DNA of 64,000 nucleotides from an uncultured Chloroflexia bacterium (GTDB taxonomy: Bacteria; Chloroflexota; Anaerolineae; JAAYZQ01): NCBI GenBank assembly GCA_963700285.1, contig CAVOXA010000001.1:288001-352000 (forward strand). Reading direction: 5' to 3'. Positions 1-9,496 of this stretch are shown here, piece by piece; the first letter of the stretch is position 1; every line of letters starts with the position of its first letter. A model generated the notes under the pieces. That model saw only the letters and a program-made list of their open reading frames with translations, was not told where the DNA came from and ran no database searches. The position numbers were made by a program, and so were the translations under genes.

Positions 1-1320
1 CGGCTGCTCTACCCGCGCGGCGCCGTCGCCCCACGGCGCCTGCTACTGGTTGGCCTGGGCAAGCGGGAGAAAGCAAGCGCCGAGGGGATTCGAATGGCGA
101 GTGCGACTGCTGTAAAGCAGGCGCAAGCCCTGCAGGTGCCCGCGGTCACCGTCGGCGTCCACGGCGACCTGCCCCTGGACCCGGAGGTGATGGGCCAGGC
201 ATTCGCCGAGGGGAGCTACCTGGGCGCCTACCGCTTCTGGCGCTATCGCAGCGGACTGACGGCAGAGGAGACCTTTGCCATCGAGCGTGCGACGGTGTTT
301 CCCAGCAAGGGCAACGAGGAAGCGGTCCGCGCCGGAATCGCCACCGGGCAGACCATCGCCCGCGGCGTGGCGTTGGCGCGCGACCTGGTCAACGGCCCCG
401 GCTACGCCATGACGCCCGCCGCCCTCGGTGATGAGGCTGAGTCACTGGGTAAGCGGCTGGGTCTCAAGATCATGGTGCTTGACGAGGCCCAATTGATGGA
501 ACAGGGCTTTGGCGGTATCTTGGCTGTCGGCAAAGGCTCGGCCAACCCTTCCCGCTTCATCGTTATGGAATATGGCCAGGCAAAGGAAGGCACACCTACG
601 ATCTGCCTGGTTGGCAAGGGCCTCACCTTTGACTCGGGTGGTCTCTCGCTCAAGCCAGCCCAAGCGATGGAGACCATGAAATCGGACATGGGCGGCGCGG
701 CGGCTGTCTTTGGCGCCATGCTGGCCGTCGCCGAGCTGGATCTGCCCCTGCACGTGGTGGCGCTCGTGTCCGCCGCCGAGAACATGCCCAGTAGCAATGC
801 CTATCGGCCGGGCGACGTGGTGAAAACGCTTAGCAGCAAGACGATCGAGGTCATCAACACCGACGCCGAGGGCCGCATCATCCTCTCCGATGCGCTCTTT
901 TACGCCCAGCGCTACAAGCCGGCGGCTATCATAGAGTTGTCGACGCTCACCGGCGCGATCATCATCGCCCTCGGCTCCCATGCCATCGGCCTGATGGCGA
1001 CCGACCAGGCGCTGGCCGACCAGATCGGGCGGGCGGGGGATGCCAGTTGGGAGCGGGTGTGGCAGTTGCCCCTTTGGGACGAGTACCACGAAATGATCAA
1101 AAGCGAGATCGCCGATCTCAAGAACCTCGGGGGCCAGCCTGCCGGCTCCATCACGGCCGGGGCCTTCCTGGCCGCCTTTGTGGGCGACTATCCCTTCGCC
1201 CACCTCGACATCGCCGGCACGGCCTGGGTGGACAAGCCGGTCAAGCCGTACGACAGCCATGGGGGCACAGGCGTCGGCGTGCGCCTGCTGGCGCAGTTCT
1301 TGAGGGATTATGCACACTAG
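1..1320 (+). CDS. pepA: Leucyl aminopeptidase (M17 family), 5'-truncated by window edge
   Basis: ORF 94..1320 has the M17 motifs VGKGLTFDSGG, MKSDMGGAA, NTDAEGR and HLDIAGT; the frame is open upstream of 94 to the window start. Confidence 0.93.
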   Translation, partial: RLLYPRGAVAPRRLLLVGLGKREKASAEGIRMASATAVKQAQALQVPAVTVGVHGDLPLDPEVMGQAFAEGSYLGAYRFWRYRSGLTAEETFAIERATVFPSKGNEEAVRAGIATGQTIARGVALARDLVNGPGYAMTPAALGDEAESLGKRLGLKIMVLDEAQLMEQGFGGILAVGKGSANPSRFIVMEYGQAKEGTPTICLVGKGLTFDSGGLSLKPAQAMETMKSDMGGAAAVFGAMLAVAELDLPLHVVALVSAAENMPSSNAYRPGDVVKTLSSKTIEVINTDAEGRIILSDALFYAQRYKPAAIIELSTLTGAIIIALGSHAIGLMATDQALADQIGRAGDASWERVWQLPLWDEYHEMIKSEIADLKNLGGQPAGSITAGAFLAAFVGDYPFAHLDIAGTAWVDKPVKPYDSHGGTGVGVRLLAQFLRDYAH

Positions 1321-1327
1321 GTCCCTA

Positions 1328-1366
1328 TCCCCTTCCCGCAAGGCCGCCCGCTTTGCGGGAAGGGGA
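1328..1366. terminator. GC-rich inverted repeat after pepA (terminator or REP-like hairpin)
   Basis: TCCCCTTCCCGCAAG ... CTTTGCGGGAAGGGGA forms a ~15-bp stem; there is no U-tract. Confidence 0.55.
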
Positions 1367-1401
1367 CCGACCACAGCACCCGAAACAAAGTGGAGGCCAA
1401 A

Positions 1402-3054
1402 ATGACCGAAGAAGCTGCAGAGCAGCCGGGCCGGCGCTCGTTCATGGACAAGCTACTGGACGCCGTTGAGCGGGTGGGCAACAAGGTGCCCCATCCGGTG
1501 CTCATGTTTTCGTATCTCATCATTGGTGTCATCGTCCTGTCGGCCATCTTGTCGTTGTTTGGCATCAGCGTCACCGAGCTAATTGCCGTGCCGGTGCCGG
1601 TGGAGACAATACCCGACTTCTATGAAGATGTCTCCGAATACAGTCTGTCGGGAGTGGGCACGGAGGACGTCGAATTCGAAATCGTGGAACAGACCGTCGC
1701 CATCAAGAGCCTTCTGACTATAGACGGAATCCGGTTCCTCTTCTCGTCCTTTGTCACGAACTTTCAGGGCTTTGGCGCGCTGGCTGTGACGCTCATCGCG
1801 ATGATGGGCGCAGGCGCGGCCGAAGTTGCCGGACTCATTGCCGCCTTGATCCGCAAGCTGGTCAAGGTCGCCCCGCGCGGGCTGATCGCCTATCTCATTG
1901 TCTTTGTCGGCGTGCTGTCGAGCGTCGCCTCGGATGCGGGCTATCTAATCTTGATTCCACTGGGCGCGGCGGCCTTCCTGGCCGTGGGACGGCACCCGAT
2001 CGCCGGCCTGGCCGCCGGCTTTGGCGGCGTCGCGGCCGTGTTCATGGCGAACCTGATCCCCACGCCGACGGACGCCATGCTGTTCGAGATCACCAATGAA
2101 GCGATCGGGATGGCCGGCGGCTCGCCTATCTCCATCACGGCCGACTACTTTTTCCAGGCCGTCTCGGCCCTGCTGATGACTGTGGTCGTTGGGCTTGTCA
2201 CGGTGCGCGTCATCGAACCCCGCCTGGGCAAATACGATCCTGCGGACGCCGGTGACCCCGAACATGCCGCCGCCACCGCCGAAATTGATCCGGTCCTCGA
2301 AGCGCGCGGTCTGCGCCGGGCCGGGCTGGCGGCCCTGGTCGTGCTGGCCGTCGTCCTGCTTGCCACCCTGCCTCCGGGCGCGCCGCTGCGCGATCCTGAA
2401 ACGGGCGCGATCATCGGCCAGACGCCCTTCATGAGCAGCCTGCTGTTCATCATAATGCTGTTCTTCTTTATCCCCGGCGTGGCCTATGGCACGGCGACCG
2501 GCATGTACAAGGGAGCCAACGACGTGATCGCCGCGGTCGTCAAGACGTTCGCCGGCCTGGGCGGCCTGATCTTTATGCTGATGATGATCAGCCAGTTCAT
2601 CGCCTACTTTAACTACTCCAATATGCCGAGCGTGGTCGCTACCGCGCTGGCCGGCTGGCTTGGAAATGCCGGTATTCCCGCGGTCCCGCTGTTGATCGGT
2701 TTCGTCCTGGTCATCGTGCTACTCGACTTTATCATCCCTGGCACGCTGCCCAAGTGGGCGATCTTTGCGCCCATCTTTGTGCCGCTCTTTATCCGGCTGG
2801 GCGTGCCCGCGCAAACCGTGTTCGCAGCTTACCGCGTCGGCGACTCGCCCATCAACACGCTCACGCCGTTGATGGTCTATTTTCCGGTGATCGTTACCTT
2901 TGCGCAGCGCTATCAGAAGAACTCGGGCGTCGGGTCGCTCGTGGCGCTCATGTTACCCTACGCGGCCATCGTTCTGATCGTCTGGCTGGTGCTGCTCATC
3001 CTGTGGTTCGTGGTGGGGATCCCGCTTGGGCCAGGTTACGCGGTGCGGTTCTGA
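1402..3054 (+). CDS. abgT: AbgT-family transporter (p-aminobenzoyl-glutamate transporter-like)
   Basis: VERVGNKVPHP N-terminus, GRHPIAGLAAGFGGV, KWAIFAPIFVP and YRVGDSPINTLTP; ATG 1402 follows a GGAGG RBS. Confidence 0.88.
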   Translation: MTEEAAEQPGRRSFMDKLLDAVERVGNKVPHPVLMFSYLIIGVIVLSAILSLFGISVTELIAVPVPVETIPDFYEDVSEYSLSGVGTEDVEFEIVEQTVAIKSLLTIDGIRFLFSSFVTNFQGFGALAVTLIAMMGAGAAEVAGLIAALIRKLVKVAPRGLIAYLIVFVGVLSSVASDAGYLILIPLGAAAFLAVGRHPIAGLAAGFGGVAAVFMANLIPTPTDAMLFEITNEAIGMAGGSPISITADYFFQAVSALLMTVVVGLVTVRVIEPRLGKYDPADAGDPEHAAATAEIDPVLEARGLRRAGLAALVVLAVVLLATLPPGAPLRDPETGAIIGQTPFMSSLLFIIMLFFFIPGVAYGTATGMYKGANDVIAAVVKTFAGLGGLIFMLMMISQFIAYFNYSNMPSVVATALAGWLGNAGIPAVPLLIGFVLVIVLLDFIIPGTLPKWAIFAPIFVPLFIRLGVPAQTVFAAYRVGDSPINTLTPLMVYFPVIVTFAQRYQKNSGVGSLVALMLPYAAIVLIVWLVLLILWFVVGIPLGPGYAVRF

Positions 3055-3189
3055 TGCCGTCTGTGGTGCTCCACTGCGCCTGCCCCCGATGGTACTCGGG
3101 GGCCTGGCCTGACCGACACTAGCGCCATGGGTGCGCATCGGCTGCGGTCGGCCGATCGAAAAAAAACGAGTAGAAGGAGAAACAAGTTT

Positions 3190-5091
3190 ATGAAAAGTAT
3201 TGGGAAACTCAGCTTGCTGGTCGTGACAGTGCTGCTATTGGCAGCCTGTCAACTGCTACCCGGAAGGGGGGGCGGCGCGGACCTGGTTGACACCAGTTGG
3301 GTACTGAGCTCGCTCGGCGGCGACCTGCCGCTGCCGGGTACCAGTGTGACCCTCCAGTTTGGCGCCGATGGCAGCGCATCCGGCTCGGACGGATGCAACC
3401 GGTTCCGCACCACCTTTTCCCAGCGCGGCGACAGGCTCACCTTCGATCAGCCTGGGGCTTCGACCATGATGGCCTGCGAGGAGCCGATCATGAACCAGGC
3501 CACGGCCTATATGGCCGCGCTCGCCGCGACCACAAAGTTCACCGTCAGCGAGGAGGAACTGATCCTGCGCGACGGCAATGAGAACCTGGCGATCTTGGCG
3601 CCCGTTTCACAGGGCTTGGCCGATTCGGCGTGGGACGTGGTCTCGTACAACAACGGTCGGGAAGCCGTGGTGGGCGTGCACCTTGGCACAGAGATCTCGG
3701 CCAACTTTGGCGCCGACGGCCAGGTGAGCGGCAATGCCGGCTGCAACCAGTACTTTGCCGGCTACTCGGTCGACGGCAAAGCCATCGAGATCGGCCCGGC
3801 GGCCACGACGTTCAAGTTCTGCGAAGAACCCCCGGGCGTGATGGAGCAAGAGAGCGCGTACCTGGCTGCGCTCCAGAGTGCGGCGACCTATCGCATCGAG
3901 GGCGATATGTTGGAGATGCGCAGCGCTGCCGACCAGATTGCTGTCATGATGATCCGCAAGACCGCCGTGGATCTGCCAGAGCCTCCACCACTGCCCACGG
4001 CACCCTGGGCCCGCGTGACTGCGCCGCAGGGCGTCAATCTCCATGCAGGCCCGGGCGTCGACTATCCGGTGATCGGCTTTGCCGGTGATGGCGACGAGGG
4101 CGAGATCGCCGGCCGGGACGCCGACTGGCGTTGGTGGGCGGTCTCTCTGCCTGACGCGCCGGCTGGCATCGGCTGGGTATCGGCGGATCTTGTGCTGGCC
4201 ATGAACGTGGAAAACGTGCCGGTGATCGAGTCGCCGCCACCTCCCGTCGTGCCGACCGACGCGCCGCCAACGCCATTCCCGCCGCCTACGGAAACGCCAC
4301 TCCCGCTGCCTACGGAAACGCCGCTCCCGCCGCCTACGGAAACGCCGCTCCCGCCGCCTACGGAAACGCCGCTCCCGCCAGCCACGGCGACGCCAACACC
4401 GCTCCCGCCGCCTACCTGGACGCCAACGCCCCTACCACCACCCACCGCGACGCCCTCGGCGCAGATCTCGTTCTGGGCCGAGCGGACGACCCTCGAGCAG
4501 GGCCAGTGCACGACGCTCCGTTGGTCGGTGGAACATGTGCAGGCGGTGTGGGTCTATCCCCAGGGTGAGCGATACTATCGTTTCCCCCGCACCGGGCAGG
4601 GCAGCGAGCAGGTCTGCCCAACCAATACGACGACGTACGAGATGCGCATCCTGCTGCGCGACGGTTCAGCGACCTTCCGTGAGGTGACCATCAGCGTGGC
4701 GGGCCCGCCGCCGACCGTAGCGCCATCGCCGGTGCCCGATCCCCTGTCAGGAACGCGCTGGGAGGTAGTTAACTACAACAACGGCCGCGGGGCGTTGGTC
4801 ACGTTGCTCGACGCAAGCCGGATCGCTCTGGATTTTGGCACGGATGGGCAGGCGAGCGGCAACGCCGGCTGCAACAACTTCTTTGCATCCTATCAGGTAA
4901 ACGGCAACAACATCACGGTCGGCCAGCCTGCCAGCACATCCCTGTTCTGCGCGGAACCAGAGGGGGTGATGGAACAGGAGGCCGAGTTCCTGGACGCTTT
5001 GCAGACAGCCGCCACCTTCCGTATCGACGGCGATACACTGGAAATGCGATCTGCCGATCAGATAGCCATCATCGCGACGCGGGCGCCATAA
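3190..5091 (+). CDS. Lipoprotein with three META domains, an SH3-like domain, a Pro/Thr linker and an Ig-like segment
   Basis: Lipobox LLLAAC; three (S/N)xGCN...T...C...MxQ META repeats; VNLHAGPGVDY...GWVSA SH3b-like motif; PTETPLP repeats. Confidence 0.8.
   Translation: MKSIGKLSLLVVTVLLLAACQLLPGRGGGADLVDTSWVLSSLGGDLPLPGTSVTLQFGADGSASGSDGCNRFRTTFSQRGDRLTFDQPGASTMMACEEPIMNQATAYMAALAATTKFTVSEEELILRDGNENLAILAPVSQGLADSAWDVVSYNNGREAVVGVHLGTEISANFGADGQVSGNAGCNQYFAGYSVDGKAIEIGPAATTFKFCEEPPGVMEQESAYLAALQSAATYRIEGDMLEMRSAADQIAVMMIRKTAVDLPEPPPLPTAPWARVTAPQGVNLHAGPGVDYPVIGFAGDGDEGEIAGRDADWRWWAVSLPDAPAGIGWVSADLVLAMNVENVPVIESPPPPVVPTDAPPTPFPPPTETPLPLPTETPLPPPTETPLPPPTETPLPPATATPTPLPPPTWTPTPLPPPTATPSAQISFWAERTTLEQGQCTTLRWSVEHVQAVWVYPQGERYYRFPRTGQGSEQVCPTNTTTYEMRILLRDGSATFREVTISVAGPPPTVAPSPVPDPLSGTRWEVVNYNNGRGALVTLLDASRIALDFGTDGQASGNAGCNNFFASYQVNGNNITVGQPASTSLFCAEPEGVMEQEAEFLDALQTAATFRIDGDTLEMRSADQIAIIATRAP
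4279..4450 (+). repeat. 24-bp coding tandem repeat (PPTETPLP) in the Pro/Thr linker
   Basis: CCGCCTACGGAAACGCCGCTCCCG occurs about four times nearly perfectly, followed by degenerate copies. Confidence 0.85.
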
Positions 5092-5125
5092 GGAGCCCGC
5101 GTCTGCAGGCACTATAAGCTGTCTG

Positions 5126-5179
5126 CTGCCGTCAGTGCCGTCACGTGTCCCATGGCTCGACCGGCTGCGCTGACGGCAG
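5126..5179. terminator. Inverted repeat downstream of the META gene
   Basis: CTGCCGTCAGTGC ... GCGCTGACGGCAG; no clear U-tract. Confidence 0.4.
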
Positions 5180-5336
5180 AGAAGGCATCAAATGCCATTA
5201 GGAATTGTCTTTGCCATTGGTCTCCTGACCCAACACCGGATCCGTTCAGTGCGCGGCCGGTACGTCAACCTCTAACCTGAGATGGCCGCCATGATCCGCC
5301 CTAAGGATCATCTACTAGGGGGGTGGAACTGACTAT

Positions 5337-6515
5337 ATGGGCAGATTCGACAATCATCGCCCGAAGGTGGCGGGCGCTGTAGGGGGCCGTTCGGGTCCGC
5401 GTCCTGGACTGCCCAGGCAGTTCTTGTATGTGGCCCTGCTGGTGGTCGCGGGCAGCCAGGCGTTGGGCCTGGCTGCCGCCAGCGCGCAGACGCCTGCTCC
5501 CCCGCCGGCCGAGAAGCTGCGGGTCGTCACGAAACCGGTGGAGCCGTTTGTGATCGCCGGTGAGGATGGGAGCCTGTCGGGCTTTAGCATCGATCTGTGG
5601 CAAGCCATCGTTGCGCAACTGGGACAGGACTACGAGTGGATCTACCTAGAAACCGTGGCCGAGCAACTCCAGGCCGTGAAGGATGGGCGGGCTGACGTCG
5701 CCGTCGCCGCCATCAGCATGACACCCGAACGCGAGCAACTGGTCGACTTTTCGCACCCCTATTTCGACGCAGGGCTGCGGGTCCTGACTCGCCCCCAGGA
5801 TGGGGATCCATCGGTCCGGAGCCTCATTGCCAGTTTTTTCTCGCCCGCCCTGTTTCGGATTTTGGGCATCAGCCTGTTGGTACTGCTGGCCATGGCCCAC
5901 GTCATCTGGCTGATGGAGAGGGGCCACAACCCGGAGATGCCCAGGTCCTACCTGAGTGGCATTTGGGAAGCGTTCTGGTGGTCGCTGTCCACGATCGCCA
6001 CGCACAAGTATGGGGAGGGTGAGGAGCCGCGCACCTTCTTCCGGCGCCTGCTGGCGATGTTATGGGTTGTGTTGGGCATCATCCTGATCGCTGAATTCAC
6101 CGCGTCCATTACCTCCTCGCTCACGGTGAAGCAGCTCCGTGCAGAGATCGGCGGGCCAGAAGACCTGCCCGGCAAGCGCATCGCCACGGTGGCTGGCAGT
6201 ACTGCCGCCAAGTACCTGGAGGAGAAGAGCCTGAGCTACATCCCCGTAGCACGCATCGAAGAAGCCTACCCACTGCTCATGCGGGGCGCCGTAGATGCCA
6301 TCGTGTACGATTCACCCGTCCTGATCGATTATGCAAACAGGGTAGGGGGAAGACAGGTAGAAGTGACAGGGCCGATCCTTACGGAGGAAGCGTATGCTAT
6401 TGCGCTGCCGGCGGGCAGTCCGTGGCGCAAGCCGATCAACACTGCCATCCTCAGATTGCAGCGCGACGGCACGTACGATACACTGTACGAAAAATGGTTT
6501 GGCAGCCAGCGTTGA
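5337..6515 (+). CDS. GluR0-like prokaryotic ionotropic receptor: amino-acid-binding PBP domain split by a two-TM pore module
   Basis: S1 (GFSIDLW, AISMTPEREQLVDFSHPYFDAGL), TM1, pore helix (WEAFWWSLSTIAT), TM2 (FTASITSSLT), S2 (DAIVYDSPVL, YAIALP, YDTLYEKWFG). The start codon is uncertain. Confidence 0.8.
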   Translation: MGRFDNHRPKVAGAVGGRSGPRPGLPRQFLYVALLVVAGSQALGLAAASAQTPAPPPAEKLRVVTKPVEPFVIAGEDGSLSGFSIDLWQAIVAQLGQDYEWIYLETVAEQLQAVKDGRADVAVAAISMTPEREQLVDFSHPYFDAGLRVLTRPQDGDPSVRSLIASFFSPALFRILGISLLVLLAMAHVIWLMERGHNPEMPRSYLSGIWEAFWWSLSTIATHKYGEGEEPRTFFRRLLAMLWVVLGIILIAEFTASITSSLTVKQLRAEIGGPEDLPGKRIATVAGSTAAKYLEEKSLSYIPVARIEEAYPLLMRGAVDAIVYDSPVLIDYANRVGGRQVEVTGPILTEEAYAIALPAGSPWRKPINTAILRLQRDGTYDTLYEKWFGSQR

Positions 6516-6637
6516 CCCCGCGGCGTACGCGCCGGAACTACCGGGAGACCCGAGTGCAGAAGGGCTGCGCGAAATTCGGATGGCCCTATGCGATTGGGGG
6601 AATAATGAATGAGTGGGACCACCGCTTCTGACGCATC

Positions 6638-8416
6638 TTGATGCCAGTCGCAACCGTGTTAGTATTGGCGGCGTGCTCGTCGCCCCCATTGACGTCGACC
6701 ACATCGCCGCACCCCTCAGAGGGAGCGATGGCGACACCATCGATCGCACCAACTGCGGAGCCGTCAGCGACCATCGTAGTAGGCGATTTGCCGCCCGCTG
6801 TCGAGTACAACCTGGGCGAAGCGATCATCGTCCAGGAGCGATTCCCCGAGGACAGTCGCTTCCGGAATATGCCCGTGCGCGTGAACGGCCTCATTGCTGC
6901 GCCGTCGGAGGGCGGGCCTTACCCTGTGGTCGTCATCCTTCACGGCACCCACCCCGGCTGTCCCGTCGACGAACACGAGGTCGATCGCTGGCCGTGCGAT
7001 CCGGAGCTGGAGCAGCCCAACTATCAGGGGTTCGAATACCTGGTGCGCCACTTGGCTGCGCGGGGCTATGTTACCCTCTCGATCAACATCAATGCCGAGA
7101 ACACCTTCGGCTTCGGCGAGCCCGTGGACGGCGAGCGGCTGCAGCAGTTGGTCGACCTGCACCTGGGAGCCCTGGCCGCAGCCACGACCGGCGGCCCCAA
7201 CGACTTTGGCGTCGAACTGGAGGGCCGTGCCGATGTGGGGCGTCTGGCCCTCTTTGGCCACTCGCGCGGCGGCGACGCCGCCTACTGGCTGGCCCACACT
7301 CCTGGAATGGCTTGGGCAGCCGTCGCCAGCCAGGGCTATGGACCCGTGCACGGTCTGCTGCTGATCGCCCCAGCCGTCGCCTCGTTCGATCCCCCGGCTG
7401 CTTCTAGGGCGCCAATGACCATCATCCTGCCCGCCTGTGACGGTGATGTCGCTTTTCAGGAGGGACAGCACTTCTACGAAGGGGCACGGCTGGCCCCGGG
7501 ACAAACCCAGTGGGTGACATCGGCCTGGCTGGAGCGCGCCAACCACAATTTCTTCAACCAACTCCTGCCGGACGATCGCATGGGGCGCCCGGGGAGACCC
7601 GACTGTGACACACTGCTTGAGCCGGAGACGCAGCGCAGCTTTCTCGTCGACTATGCGGCCGATTTCCTGGTGACGCTCTTTGATGAGGATGCAGTCGCGG
7701 TGTCTGAGGCCATGGCCCGCCTGGGCATGGACGTCCAGGCGCGGGCGCCGGACGAGCTCTACGGGCTACCGGCGCGCGTGGCCACCCTGGCGGCCGCAGA
7801 TGACCGGCAGCCGTTGCTGGTGCCGGCGTCGGCAGAAGAACTGGCGACCAACCTGCAAGGCGGCGGTGTAACAAAACAGGGCATGACGACCCACTTTTGC
7901 CCCGAAGGCTACTACACCCCGGCCATGATGCCCGGCAGCGAGCCGTGCCGCCGGGTCAACCTGACCATACCCGGTAACCCGGCCTTGGCGGTCGTCTCCT
8001 GGGCAGAGCCAGGTGCGGTCTGGCGCTTTGCCTTGCCGGCGGGCAACGGCGACCTGAGCAGCTACACGACACTCAGCCTACGCGCAGCGGTTGACCCGCT
8101 GTCAGGGCTGAATGCCCCTGACAGACATCAGGGCTTCAGCCTGCAACTGACCGACCGCGTGGGCAACATCGCCACGGTGCGAACACGACGCGACGAGCCG
8201 GCGCTGGGATTCCCCGCCGGGTTAGTGGAGGAAGACAACCTCTTCGGCGATTTGTTCACCGGGCGCGTCCCCATGACCACGATCCGGCAGCCGCTTACCG
8301 ATTTCGAGGGGGTCGATCTGGCCACTATCGGCGAGGTCGCGCTGCTGTTTGACCAGACTGCTAGTGGTTCGCTCTTCCTGGCTGACGTAGAATGGGTAAG
8401 GCCGTCCCAACCTTGA
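6638..8416 (+). CDS. Secreted/lipoprotein alpha/beta-hydrolase with a C-terminal beta-sandwich-like domain
   Basis: Lipobox VLAAC, YPVVVILHG, nucleophile motif GHSRGG, CDGDV and ANHNFFN. The true start may be ATG 6605, interrupted by an in-frame TGA at 6629. Confidence 0.72.
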   Translation: MMPVATVLVLAACSSPPLTSTTSPHPSEGAMATPSIAPTAEPSATIVVGDLPPAVEYNLGEAIIVQERFPEDSRFRNMPVRVNGLIAAPSEGGPYPVVVILHGTHPGCPVDEHEVDRWPCDPELEQPNYQGFEYLVRHLAARGYVTLSININAENTFGFGEPVDGERLQQLVDLHLGALAAATTGGPNDFGVELEGRADVGRLALFGHSRGGDAAYWLAHTPGMAWAAVASQGYGPVHGLLLIAPAVASFDPPAASRAPMTIILPACDGDVAFQEGQHFYEGARLAPGQTQWVTSAWLERANHNFFNQLLPDDRMGRPGRPDCDTLLEPETQRSFLVDYAADFLVTLFDEDAVAVSEAMARLGMDVQARAPDELYGLPARVATLAAADDRQPLLVPASAEELATNLQGGGVTKQGMTTHFCPEGYYTPAMMPGSEPCRRVNLTIPGNPALAVVSWAEPGAVWRFALPAGNGDLSSYTTLSLRAAVDPLSGLNAPDRHQGFSLQLTDRVGNIATVRTRRDEPALGFPAGLVEEDNLFGDLFTGRVPMTTIRQPLTDFEGVDLATIGEVALLFDQTASGSLFLADVEWVRPSQP

Positions 8417-8532
8417 TGCCGCTAGAATAGAACGGCATCAAGGTTGGGCAAGTGCTGAAGGTGAGGAGGTTTGCAGATAGACCTCTGCCTTCTGGCAAAA
8501 CGCTTAGCATCCAGTTGATCCCTGCTGCCAAT

Positions 8533-9496
8533 TCAGCTCACGCCGATGGCAGTTGTCCCTTGCCGCTTTTCCCGTGTCCGCCAGCGGTACCACGATAGCA
8601 GCAGCACGCCGGCAACGACCAGCACCGCGCCCAGGATCTGGCTCGGCGTAAGCCGCTCGTCGAGCAGAACGTAGGCATAGACGGCCACGAAGGCGATCTC
8701 GCTCATGGCCAGGATGGAGGCCACGCTGGCCGGCAGCCGCCCCAGGGCAAAGGTGTAGAGGGAAAAGGGTACGATGGTCGACAGGCCGATGAGCGCCGCG
8801 AACCAGAGCAGGGAGGTGGTCCCCACCGGGAAGGGCTGGGGGGTGAAGAACTGGAGGGGAAACAGGATCAGGGCGCCAAATCCAAAAGTGTAGGTCAGGC
8901 TCGTCATGGGGTTGTAGGACTGGCGTACCTTTTTGCCAAAGAGGTTCCAAGTGGCGTACAGGGTCGGCGTGCCAAAGCCCACCAGCAGCCCAACCAGGGA
9001 AAGCTCGGACTGGCCCAGGACGTCCACGCCGGAGACAAGTACCGTGCCGGCGAAGGTCAGCACGATGGCCACGATCTTGCTCCAGCTCAGCGACTCGTGC
9101 CACAGGAGCCAGGCAGCCACGGTGACGATGGCGGGCATGGCTGCCTGCTGCACCGTGGCGATTGCCACCCCGTTGAGGAATACGTTCAGGTTCCAGAAGA
9201 CGTGAAAGATGCCCAGGCTGGCCCCCATGCCCACCAGCCAGGGCAGGTCGGAGCGCTGCACCCGCAGCCAGTCCCGGCGAAAGAGCACGAGGGCGAGGAA
9301 CAGGATGGCAAAGGTGGTGATGTCGCGCCAGAAGGCCAGCGACAATGGCCGAGACGCCGGTGTCGAGCGTGATGAGCTTGACAAAGATGCCCGAGGTGCC
9401 CCAGCAGGCAGCGGCGACGACGACGAGCAGGGAGCCGGTCAGATCTGAGCGAGCAGGTGCCGCCGCTTCCCGGGCTTGGGCTGTGGCGTCGGTCAT
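8533..9496 (-). CDS. EamA/DMT-family transporter (one frameshift near 9345)
   Basis: The N-terminal frame (AAACWGTSGIFVK) joins the frame LAFWRDITT...ASVASILAMSE...LDERLTPSQILG; its ATG overlaps the upstream stop (ATGA). Confidence 0.8.

Noticed and set aside
4279-4450. CRISPR-like or non-coding repeat array
   Set aside because: The 24-bp units are contiguous with no spacers and encode an in-frame Pro/Thr linker.
6629-6631. Selenocysteine read-through at the in-frame TGA
   Set aside because: It lies in a signal-peptide n-region, not a redox motif, and no convincing SECIS-like hairpin was recognised.
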